The notes below the pieces were generated by a model. That model ran no database searches. It saw only the letters and a program-made list of their open reading frames with translations, and was not told where the DNA came from. A DNA stretch of 64,000 bases from Lytechinus pictus. Its lineage: Eukaryota. Location: the NCBI RefSeq assembly GCF_037042905.1, contig NC_087252.1, positions 17,920,001 through 17,984,000 of the forward strand, in the 5' to 3' direction. Positions 35,975 to 47,700 of this stretch are shown piece after piece (position 1 is the stretch's first letter; every line of letters starts with the position of its first letter). Both the position numbers and the translations under genes were made by a program.

Positions 35975-38900
35975 ATGCCGAAGGCAAAATCAGTGAAAAC
36001 CAACAGGAGAAGTGAGAATTTCACTCAAGATGAGATTGATATCCTAATCAGAGAGTGCATATCAAGAAAAGGGACTCTTTGTGACCCTCTTAGTGCAAAT
36101 TTGACACACAATATGAAAATGCAAGCTTGGAAAAATATTTCAGAGGCGGTTAGCTACGCTGCAGGAAACCAGCGATCCGTCGAGGAGCTAAGGGTTAAAC
36201 TTAGCAACCTAAAATCCTCTGTCAAGAAAGCCTACAACCACAGGAAGAGATTGATGGGGGGTACTGGAGGTGGACCACCACCCGCTCCTCTCGAGCAGTG
36301 GCAAGAGTTGTTAATCGATTTCATAGGTGAGGAAGCGCTTGATGGAGTGTTAGGTGGAGTCGAGACACCGACAGGGTTCTCAGAGATGGCAGCAGACACT
36401 TCAAGTTCAAATAAAGCATGTGAATTAGGGGCCCTTACGACTTTAGCCAGCCTAGCAACGGGCAGAAAGAAGATGTCATATGGTAAGTTACTCAACCGTA
36501 AATCTAAATACATTGTATTTTGTGGCTTAAAAATGTAAGGAAAACTCATCATTCAAAATGGTGTCTAAAGTGGTTTCCTGATTATGTAACATATTTATTA
36601 TATTTTGCGGGGTGCGGAAAGAACGATGAGAGAGTTGATAAGAATGGAGGGGAATATATCTTAGAGGGCGGGTAGAAATAAAGTGGGTGAAATTCCTCGA
36701 TGAGACAATAAAACCACGGATGGGAGCCTCCGTGCTCCTTCTTAACAGACATTCACTGAAATCCTAACGTAGTAACGGATGCATGTCCCCCCCCCCCCCC
36801 AAAAAAAAAAAAAAAAGACAGACAGAAAAGAAAGGAATAAGAAAAGAAAGAACGAGAGGGGGAAGGGAAGATGAAAAAGAGAGAAAAGGTGAAGGAAGAG
36901 AAAGGAGGGGAATAAGAAAAAGTAGGAGCTGAAAAAATTGAAGGGAGAGGATAAAAGGAAAAGGAGATGGCAGATGGGAAAGAAAAGAAAGGGGAGAAAA
37001 AAAGATAGAGGAAAGGAGAAGGATAACAAGAGAGGGAGAGGAGAGGGGAAAGAGGAAAAAAAAAAGATAAGAAAATGAAAGAAAATAAAATAAAAGAAAG
37101 GGAGAGGGGAAAGAAAAGAGTGTGGAGGGAGAGGAGAGGGGAAGAGAGAGAAAAGTAGAAGAGAGAAAAGCAAGGGGAAGAAAGGGAAAAATAGATATAG
37201 GAGAGGGGAGAGTAAAAGAAGAACAGAAAGAAAATGGCAAGGGAAAGGTGAGTAGAAATGAATTAGAGAAATGAAAGATGGGAGAGATAAGGAAAGGGAA
37301 GAGAAACAACAAAATAATCACTGGAAGAGGGAAGGAGAAAGAAAACAAGAAGGAAAGGGAGAGGAGAAATAAAAAGAAAACAGAAAAGGAGAAGTGAGAG
37401 AAAGGAAAGTAGGGGAAATGAGATAAAGAGAGAGGAGAGAAAAAACGTTGAAAATAGAATGGAAAGATTTGGAGAAAGTAATGGGAGAGCTCAAGAGGGG
37501 AGAATTTTTTTTAAAAGCTTTTTGAAACGTTGTTCTCTTCCCCACCGTGACTTCCACCAGAGTCGAAGCAAGCCGAAATTTTGGGGAAACCCTTCCCGAC
37601 ACAGTGACGCTTTTACCTCACCGGGAGCGTCTAAATAGGTTTTTTCCCCCCTGCATTTGACGGGGGAAGTCAGAAAAGACGGGGAGAGAGAGAGATTCGG
37701 GGGAGGGAGAGATGGCGAGAAAGAGGGGAAGGGGTTCTGGGGAAGGATTATGCATATATCCTAAAAGCATAATGATTTCATTTTTCAATTGTACAAGTGC
37801 ATTTGTACTATTCTTTTTGTATTTTTGCCAGATCCCAAGTCCATGTCGGATATGTGCATCGAATATGAAGAGACTGCTTCTTCTCAATCTGCATCTTCAT
37901 CCAAATCTAAGTCATCTACTCCAGATAAATTACCATCAAGAAAGTCACCATGCAAGCCAGAGACGAAAGCAATGGCTGAGTGGCTCGAGGCTGAAAAGGA
38001 GAGGCTTTCCCTGAAGCGACAGGAGATTGATGAACAAGTTAGACACAACACAAGAATGGAGGAGCTAGCGGCAGAACGGCTCACTTTGGAAAAGGAGAAG
38101 AGAGATATGCTCAGGTTCCTCATAACTTCCTTTTCTAGTACCACAAATACCGTCCAGTTACTTCCTGCAAATTATATCTGTGAGTGCCTACAGATTAATT
38201 CTTTTTCACTAATTCATACCGAATAAATACATAAGGGTCTGCAGAATGAATTCGAAAATGAGAGCCGATGGGGGTAGCTCGACACGCAAATTCGCAGTCA
38301 GTTGGCCATTCTTATGTTTTGTAAATGTTTATTGGAAAAAAAAAGTGGGATGTGGAAAGGGGCTGGAGTCGGCATTGGACCAATCTATTCTGTAGAACTT
38401 TTACAGGGGCCCACAGAACCGGGGGAGGGGGGGCATTCAGCGTCCCAACACAACTTATTTTGAAAAAAAAACGACCATCTGATTTGTGAATTTTTGCATG
38501 TTCAGTTCCCCCACATGGCTCTCAATGGGGGGGGGGGGGGGGTGGGCGACGGGATACGGGCCGCATGTCCCCCCCGGAACCGCCGGTGGAGAAGTTAATT
38601 CCAGGGTTGAAGTTAATTTTTGACTGGTTAGTCTAGTGTGGGGCAGGGGTGGATCCAGGAATTTCGTCCCCTCCAATAAAAATTGACAATTAAAGATTGA
38701 AAAAAGAAGTCTTCACCCTCAAAGGGGGCACACTCCTGTTTTAACGGCATTTTTACGGCTTTACAAATGTTGATGCTTCTCAAAAGGAGAACACAGCCCG
38801 GCTGTGCCCCCCCCCCCCCTGGATCCGCCAGTGGGGTGAGGGATTCGCAGAGCAATTGCTCCAGAAGCAAATGTTTTTCGGTGTAAAAAAACACTTAACT

Positions 38901-39330
38901 ATTCAGAAATTGCCAAGGCTATTACATGCAAACTTTTTACAGAATTTTTAAAATCTACGATTGATGCCATTGACTACAATGTACGATCAATCGTAAAAAT
39001 TGAGTAAACGATTAATCGCTAACCTTTGTGTTACGGGACCAAGGTCATATTTCTTAACAGCTGTGATTCTCTTCATAAATTTGATCTTAAATGTCATGAA
39101 AGAAAATGGTCACAGCAAGATAAATTTCATTTTGCAAATGTTCTGTAAATTTGATGAAATTCACATGAAAATTAAAAGCTATTAACGCATTTTCCATCTT
39201 TATTTACTGCTAAACAAAATGTTGCTGTCCCTAGTTTGTGCAGGAATTATTTTAATTAAATTTACATTTAGGCATTATTTCCTTCTATATTCCAATGCAT
39301 ATGCCTATTCTCTTTTACTCTCATGCAGGA
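35975..39330 (+). CDS. Myb/SANT-like DNA-binding protein (Myb_DNA-bind_5 / NAIF1-MSANTD type) with C-terminal coiled coil; join(35975..36482,37832..38179,39329..39330), about 285 aa
   Basis: RSENFTQDEIDILI..KMQAWKNISEAV..RSVEELRVKLSNLK..GGTGGGPP signature. A GTAAGT donor at 36483 and a TTTTGCCAG acceptor at 37831 join in phase 1. A GTGAGT donor lies at 38180. The third exon, which completes the stop codon T|GA, is tentative. Confidence 0.8.
36800..37500. repeat. Purine-rich (GA) low-complexity tract in intron 1 of the Myb/SANT gene
   Basis: Almost only A and G on the + strand, which produces F/L/S/P-rich spurious minus-strand ORFs. Confidence 0.9.
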
Positions 39331-39864
39331 AATCATCAACGGATCATCAGCAGTATTCAGCACCTTATAACTCAAAATTCTGTGATATCAATTTGAAGAA
39401 CCAAGCAGCATGTCACCCACTACGGACTATACTTTCCATCAGTGACTTATTAGAAACACATAAGGTTAGAAATTTAGAGGGAGTCTTACATGTTGGGTCA
39501 TCTTGGTTGACTATGTAAGTTTTGTAAGTATCACAATTGTGGGATAGGTGTGCTTTTTGTTAAGAGCGCCCTCTCTCGTGCACATCTATATCTACACTGA
39601 AAAAATAATAATAATGGACGAAGAGTTCGAGGTATTTGATGAAAGCAGAGCCAGAGGAAATAATTGGTAAATATTTAGGTATTTCTACTAATTTAAATAC
39701 ATTTTCTGGGAATTCTGTCATCTATTTCGTGTCATCCTTAATGTTCTATATTTTTTATGGTATGGGAAAACTCAAATGATTTTTTATAGTATTAAATTAA
39801 ATAATCTTGACTTGACTTCAGAAGTTCACTGTTCAGTCATCGTGTTTGTTGTTAACCCACCATA

Positions 39865-41026
39865 ACCCAGGCTCCGGCCCGCTTCGCGGGCCGGAGCCCA
39901 GGAATCGAGGAGTCGACCGTGCAAAACGAGGGAGACACTGGGGTAGATTGGGGGTCTCAGCAGTAATCTTAATAAAATGTGGAAACAGAAATTTACACTT
40001 ACCACGATTATATGGATGAAGGTCTAACCGTCTATATCGTGACACACAAATCCTGACATCGAGGCACAGATTGGAAGTGGAACCTAAAAAAAAAAAACGC
40101 AAAGTTTTGACTGTCGCGATACCTCTCTCCTTTCAAAATTCAAAACAAAATGGCCGATCGAGAACGAGGCTATATTTTTTTTTTGAGGTTCGAGTCTGTG
40201 CCTCAAAGGCTCAATGTCAGGATTGTGTGTCACGATAGACCAGGGCCAGGCTTCATCCATAATCGTGGTAAGTGCATAATTTCTGTTTCCACATTTAAGA
40301 TTACTAACTTGTATGGTATTGGTAAGACTACCACATATTGACCACCTCTTTTGAAACCGACCACCTTGCGCGCGTTAAAATTATTGCGTATTACAAACGA
40401 TACGCGCGGGAGAGTAGGCGCAGTGTCCATAGAAACGGTATGAATCGATTTTATGAGAAAAAAAAGAAGCAACAAAAAGTAAAAAATTAGTAGAATTAAT
40501 CAAAATTGTATTGACCAAACCCAAACCCCGCTGAAAAACCAAGAAATCCGATAGGAAACGGCTTTAGAACAAATACCCGTCGTCAATCGTCGAATCATGT
40601 GCCGGAGCATGCAGTGGAAGAAGTGAGACGATCATTTAGCATGTTGACATCATAGAACTGATTTGGAAGAATAAAAATATTTCGCCACCGGGACAAGAAT
40701 CGGCCGTAAACTTAGTGTATCGTGGGTGGTCGGTTTCAAAAGACGGGTGCAAATGAGCAAGTGTAAAATCGTCGTATTCGTTGTTCGTCGATATATATGC
40801 GGATTGAATCGGAGTCGCCGAGCGAAACATGGGAATCTGATCTGCTCAATTTTCTGCACAAATGAGACGAAAACTAGGTAAAATTGATGAATATTTTCGC
40901 AGATACGATGCTTAGAAGATTAGACCCTAATCTACCCCAGTCCTGTGTCTACCTCATTTTGCATGGTCGACTCCTGGGCTCCAGCCCGCAAAGCAGGCCG
41001 GAGCCCAGGAGTTGACCGTGCAAAAA
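39865..41026. mobile_element. Unclassified element bounded by GC hairpins and GAGTCGACCGTGCAAAA motifs
   Basis: Hairpin plus motif at 39870-39927. Inverted motif, hairpin and motif at 40957-41026. Internal inverted repeat at 39962-40305. Confidence 0.5.
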
Positions 41027-41941
41027 ACTTCGGGTCAAAACCATTGGCCAATCAGATCATCCCTTCTCTATCGATCGGGTTGGATTGCTTGTCGATCGTA
41101 CGCAAGCGGTACGTTCAACTCATGGAAACATCCGGGCACTGTAAGTGACAAGGGGTGGAGTCTGTCGTCACTTTCATGAATATTCAGAACCAAGATGACA
41201 CTTACAGCTTACAGTTACAGGTTACAATGAACAATTGGAATCTCATGAAAAAATTGATGTTAACCATTTTCCAGGCAGGAATATAGGGTAAGAAATTAGT
41301 CCAAGGGTCGATATAAATATGGCTGTCGCAATAGGTTATGTACTTTGGTAATTATTATAAGATTGAACTTGTTTTTGGGTGTTCTTTTTAACTTTGCTAT
41401 TTCTGCCATCGAGTCCTTGTACAGATCAATCAAGTAAGAACTTTGGTCTCTGTACTAGTTGATGAGTAGAGCCAACGGAGTTCAATGGAACAACCAATAT
41501 AAGAGAGACCGAAACTTTTGGTCTACAGGAGACTCGGTAGTATACCACAGAACTCACCAACACACTGGGTTTCAAGTTTGTTGTTGGTATTGTCGAGCGT
41601 GAAAATGCTGATGAACCTAAACCGAGCTCCAACACTCAACCACTCATGGGTTCATTTCATGCCGCCGTAAAGCCATACATGTAGAAGTTGTTTGTTGTGG
41701 ATGCCAGAAATGGCGTTGCAGCACGCGCAATCCACAAGTTAAAAATTCACTGCCACATGCGGTTCTGTGTGCGAGGTAACCTCACACTAGTTGTCTGGTG
41801 TGAGAGACACTCAACACAGAACACCAGCCGAGCTGGGAGAATGATAGAGATCGCATTATCGATAGCCTATGACATCAGACCTCTGTGTTGCTGATCATCT
41901 TAGCTTTATGCCAGAACTTCTCAACAATAAAAGTGATATCG

Positions 41942-42368
41942 CAGACCTGCCAACCAGTACGTTTTGGGCGTATTTAGTACGTTTTTGCAACCAAAATACG
42001 GCAGTACGTTTTTTCTTTTAAAAATATGTTGTTGTTTTTTAACAAAACCGTTATTTATTGAGAAAAATCATCTCTATATGTCTCTATTTCATAAAACTTA
42101 CACAAATATGGTTATTAGATCAATGTAATTTGAGGTAACTTGTTTTTTTTTCAATCATTTTGTTAAAACCAGGTGAGATATACACATGTTTTAATGTTTT
42201 TTTTTTTTTCATCTGCAAGAGCAGTGCATATTTTAGCTTGCATGCAGCTTAAGCTCCGCGATGAGCGAGTGCGCCACGCATTTTATTATGAAATACACTT
42301 TTTGGGGGAAAAATACAGTTTTTTTATCACGCAATACAATTTTTCATTCCCAGAGGTTGGCAGGTCTG
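41942..42368. mobile_element. hAT-like MITE
   Basis: TIR CAGACCTGCCAACC / GGTTGGCAGGTCTG; flanks ATATCG and ATATCA. Confidence 0.7.
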
Positions 42369-43043
42369 ATATCAGGGAGAAATTATGGTAAAATCTCATT
42401 GTACAGAATGCAAAGCCAAGGCTAAATTTACTTCAAGAATCAGAAAGAGTAAATATTATTGTCCATTGAATTGCATAAGGTTCTGATAATTTGCACTTAT
42501 CTATAAAAATCTAGTTTTACGGGATGTTTCATCCTGTTCACCGCCTGTTCGTGGGCTTCAAATCACCAACACCGAACTTTAAATCATGATTTTTCCCAAT
42601 CCCTGGGGATTGGTGTTGGTGAATGAGGAATTAATAGATCCTCGACATCAGCTGTGATGCTCTGTTCAGCAGACAACATTCGACACCAACGCTCAACACA
42701 AACTGCCAGAAATATGTCATATTTTCCGAGGTCAATTCCAACACCAATCATTTCAAGTACGGTGTTGTGGCTGGTGTTGGTGTAGTTACAACACCAACAC
42801 CAGACTTAAACACCCGGACCATACCTCTTATGTACATGTACACCACACATTCACTGGCTCACTAACATACTATGGACAAAATCTCAAACAAAAAGTGAAA
42901 TTTTCTTCCCTAAATGACCATATTTTGCGTCAAAATATCACACTATTTCTTAATATCGCAGTTTAATAAATCCTGTCTCTACAGTATGATCTGATACATG
43001 TGCATGCTTCAACTCACTTCATTGCTTTCCTTACAGATTAAAA

Positions 43044-44666
43044 ATGGCGGAGGATTCTTCAAGAAGGAAGAGTAACAATCCCAGCCGAGTCTTACAAACC
43101 ACGGAAACAGGGGATGAAGAGCAGAGTAATCAGGAATTTAATGGTAAAATCCTTTTTTTTTTTAAAGAAAAAAAATTGTCACTATTATACTGTGCGTATC
43201 AAAAAAAAGTTTACACTTTGAAAAAGCCCTGGGAATTTAAAAATATGCAACATATGGGTAATTTTTTCACATATATTCTTGGGTTTAGGTCTCATCTATC
43301 CAATGAAAGTAAAAGTTTTGACAGAATGTTACACTTGAGTGAGCACTGTCCATTTTTGTAAAGCTCGCAGAAATCTGTTTGCGCTTTTAGTCAATTGAAA
43401 TAAAACGGATACATTCAAGCATTTTGTACTTTTTGGTACCAGCTGGATCTGAGGACATAACTAAATCTGAACAAAAGTTTATATCAGACATTTCCAGCAT
43501 TTTTTCACTAAGTTTTTATCATTTAAGGTGGGTTTACATTTCATTTTTCATTTAATACTTGTTTATCCACACTTTTCTCAAGCCTGATAATGATTAACAA
43601 AATGAAAATCTAGCCTAAGCCATTTCCAGAGATGCCAACCGTTACGGATTCGCCGTATTTGTTCCGATTTTATTCCTCCAATTACGGTGTTACGGCAACA
43701 ATAAAAAGGTTACGGAAAAAACAACTACAATACATGTGTATTGTGTATTGCTTTGCTGTGCATGTGTATATATGCGTGTATTGTGTATTGTGCATGTATA
43801 TGCGTGTATTGTGTATACATGTATCGTGCATGCAGCGTGTGTGTGGCCAACGGTAAACCAACGGGAGTTTCTCTACTATAATTTATAAACGCGCGCACTG
43901 CCTACTACGTTCATTGAGTTATGCTTTTATCAAGGCTTTCTGATTAGAATTATCGATATCCTGGCCAATCAATGCGAGCGACAAGTTCCGAACGCACGCA
44001 CATAGACAAGCACAAATCAGCGGCACGAATCGCGGTATAATAGCGACTGGTAAATACGACTGTAAAAATTATGACGTCATCCAAGATGGCAACTTACGAT
44101 GACCAACGAAGGAATCGAGGATGACTAAGTTTTGATCATCATTTGAAAGGAATTAGCGGTAACTGCGGTCTAAGGTACGATGTTTCTGAATTTTATATAT
44201 TTTCTCGTAAGTTTGGATGTAATTATTTTTTCATAATGTGACATTTGATGTACCAAAAACGATCCGAAAATCGGGTTTCCGCCGAATGTTAGATCTAACG
44301 TTACTGCTGCATGCTGATACGGAACTCAGGGAGCTCCGGCCCGAAAAGCGGGCCGGAGCTCCTTGGGTTACGTACGTATCGGCTAGCCCAGAGCTCCCTG
44401 GGTTAGCTGATACGTTGTCTTAATGTACGGGCCAACAACTCTTCAGTCTATGTATTGGTGAGTGGAGCCAACGCGGTTCAGCTGAACAACCAAAATACAG
44501 AGACTGAAGCTTTTGGTCTAGCGTTCTATGAGAAACACACAACTAACTACCGTCAGTTTTTCAAACCTAATTGACTTCAAAGTCATCGATCACAACAAGG
44601 TAAGAAGCCACTTGGTCCTCCCCCCCCCCCCCTCCCCTAAATTTGAGGTGGGGGCAGACCCCCCCT

Positions 44667-44710
<44 letters not shown>

Positions 44711-47700
44711 TGTCCAATTTTTTACCTGTGACATGTGTCCATCCCAAAATTAAAGGTGGACCCCCCTAAATTTTTTTTTCTTGGACACTGTCCCGGCCCG
44801 CGATGAGTTTCAGTATTTTTGGAGGACACCTAGTGGCATCCCTGTATAAACGATGCTACTTCGCGGGATGTTCCTGAGAAACTCCCATTTGTTCCTGACA
44901 AATATGGTAAATATTCCTGACAACCATCCCTTTAGGTTGGCATCTCTGCATTTCATGTAAATCACGGCTCAGTGTAAAGCAAATATCGTCACAATGGCCT
45001 CGGTTTGTGGGGGAGTTGGGTGGGGCGAAGTGTTTTGGGCAAGGAAACAAATTTAAAAAGGTAAAAGATATCTTCAAATCAATTTTATTAACTAAATTCC
45101 ATGTGTACTTCATGATTAAGGTCTACTTTTATTCGCATAACTATGTCAAAGTTCTGTGCAAATCATTTTTCACTAACTTTTCAAAAGGAAGTGGTGCTCA
45201 CTCAAGTGGAAATATTTTTTGACAGTTATATCGTAATTTGCTTAAATGGATCTGTACCAAATGAAAAATGTGGAAGAATCTTTAGGATATTACAAATGTA
45301 TAATTTTACAGGATTTTTTCTAAGTGTAAACTTTTTTTGATACGCACTGTAAAAAGTATAAAATTTCATTATTCAGGGCTCGAAATTAGCAGTGGCCTCT
45401 GTCAACCAGAAATTTGAGTCGGGCCACCAACATTCTGTACAAGCCCACACTTGATGGCCCAGTTTGGCTACCAAAGTTTTGATCAAATGTAATGTTTTCT
45501 ATTGTTTTAGGGCCACCAAAAATATGAAATTGATGATTTTCGTGGACTGATCGGGCCATTAAGAAAAAAGTTAGAGCGGAACCTTGCATTAATAAAGTGA
45601 CTGACAGAAACTCTGACTTGAGTTGTGTTGTTGGAGTTCATATTTTCGATCTTTAATTATAAAGACCATTCTTTAGGAAATGAGTTTGTACAAAAAAACA
45701 GGCTGTACAGTGCGTATCAAAAAAAAGTTTACACTTTGAAAAAGCCATGGGAATTAAAAAATAACCAACATGTGGGTAATTTGTTCACATATAATCTTGG
45801 GTTTGGGTCTCATCTATCCAATGAAAGTAAAAGTTTTGACAGAATGTTACACTTGAGTGAGCACTGTCCGTTTTTGTAAAGCCCGCAGAAATCTGTTTGC
45901 GCAGAAATGCTAGTTTTCACGCTGTGTCAAGGGGAAAGGGCGAAATCAAACTTACCCTGCACAACATTTCTCATACATTTCCCTTGCACTTTTAGTCAAT
46001 TGAAATAAAGTGGATACATTCAAGCATTCTGTAACAATTTTTCCACCCAAACTGAAATGTCAACACTTAGTAAGCACAACCTTTACCCTTTTTGTGCCAG
46101 CTGGATCTGAGGACATAACTGAATCTGAACAAAAGTTTATATCAGACATTTCCAGCATTTTTCACTAAGTTTTTATCATTTAAAGTGGGTTTACATATCA
46201 TTTTTCATTCAATACTTGTTTCTCCACACTTTTTCCAAGCTTGACAATGATTAACAAAATGAAATTCAAGCCTAAGCCATTTCATGTAAATCACAGTTCA
46301 GTGTAAGCAAATATTGTCACGATGGCATCGGTTTGTGGGGGAGTGGGGTGGGGCGCAATGCACCCTCCAAAGTGTTTTGGGCAAGGAAACAAGTTAAAAA
46401 AGGTAAAAGATATCTTCAAATCAATTTTACTAGCTAAATTCCATGTGTTCTTCGTGATAAAGGTCTACTTTTATTCGCATAACCATTTCAAAGTTCTGCG
46501 CATATCATTTTTCACTAACTTTTCAAAAGTAAGTGGTGCTCATTCAAGCGGAAATATTTTTTGACAGTTATATCGTCATTTGCTTAAATGGATCTGTACC
46601 AATGTTAAAATGTGGAAAAATCTTCAGGATATTACAAATGTATAAATTTACAGGATTATTTCTAAGTGTAAACTTTTTTTTGATACGCACTGTATAAGAA
46701 GCTAAATGAATAAGTGAGATGGAAGTAAAATAGCTCTTAGTAATTTCAAGTAAAGTAAACTGAAATTGACAATGATGATGGTGGGTGTTTCATGAAGCTG
46801 TTCGTAATTTACGAGGGACTTTAAAAATGACTGGTGATCCTTTCTTAGGAACCAAATCAACACCAATTGATGTGAATCTGGTGTGTCACTTACCACAGGA
46901 AAGGAAAACCGGTCATTCGTAAAGTTGCTCATAACTTATGAACAGCTTTATGAAACACCCACCAGATAATACATAGCACTAACCCTAATCCCCCCCCCCC
47001 CAAGGAATAAGCATTCTGGCTTACGAACGCTTCCAAACATTTATTGAAATAAGATTTCAATATCTGAACTTAAGCTTAGCCTTAACAAATTTGTTCTCTC
47101 ACACTACATATACATGTACATTCGTCAGAACTTAAACTTGGCTTTAACAAATTTGTTCAGTCACGCTACCCTCGTCTGAAATCAAACTTCGCTTTAACAA
47201 ATTTGTTCTTTCCCACTACTTTCATCAGCAGAGACAGACATCCTTGATATCCCTGACGATGACGGGGATGATGATTCAAAGGATTGGTACCAGTCGCAAC
47301 CATCGGGAGGAGGCAGGGAGGAGGAAGAGGCCGAGGATGGTGGGAGAGGATTTGTCTTCAGCTCCAATGAAGTCACTGATAACGTGGTGGTCTTGACGAG
47401 TGATATGGAACTTCCAGTGGGGATCAATGAGGGCATGGATACCGAGATACAAGGCAGAGGTTCAGGTGAGATGTAGGGAGAAATAAGTAAGGATTTTTTT
47501 TTTTTCATCGGGAAAGATGAAAATATTCACTGTGAGCTATGTAAAACCCCATGGGGAATAATTGCATAATTGTTTATCTGTAGATTGCTTTATAGGGAGG
47601 ACGTTCTGGAAAGCGTTTCATGGAAGGACTTGTCAGAGCTTTTATGCCACAAGTCCTACTTTGTCCGACAATTTATCATAAGAACTGTGCTTCTCATCCA

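Noticed and set aside
36742..37602. Hydrophobic F/L/S/P minus-strand ORFs
   Set aside because: Artefact of the purine-rich intronic tract.
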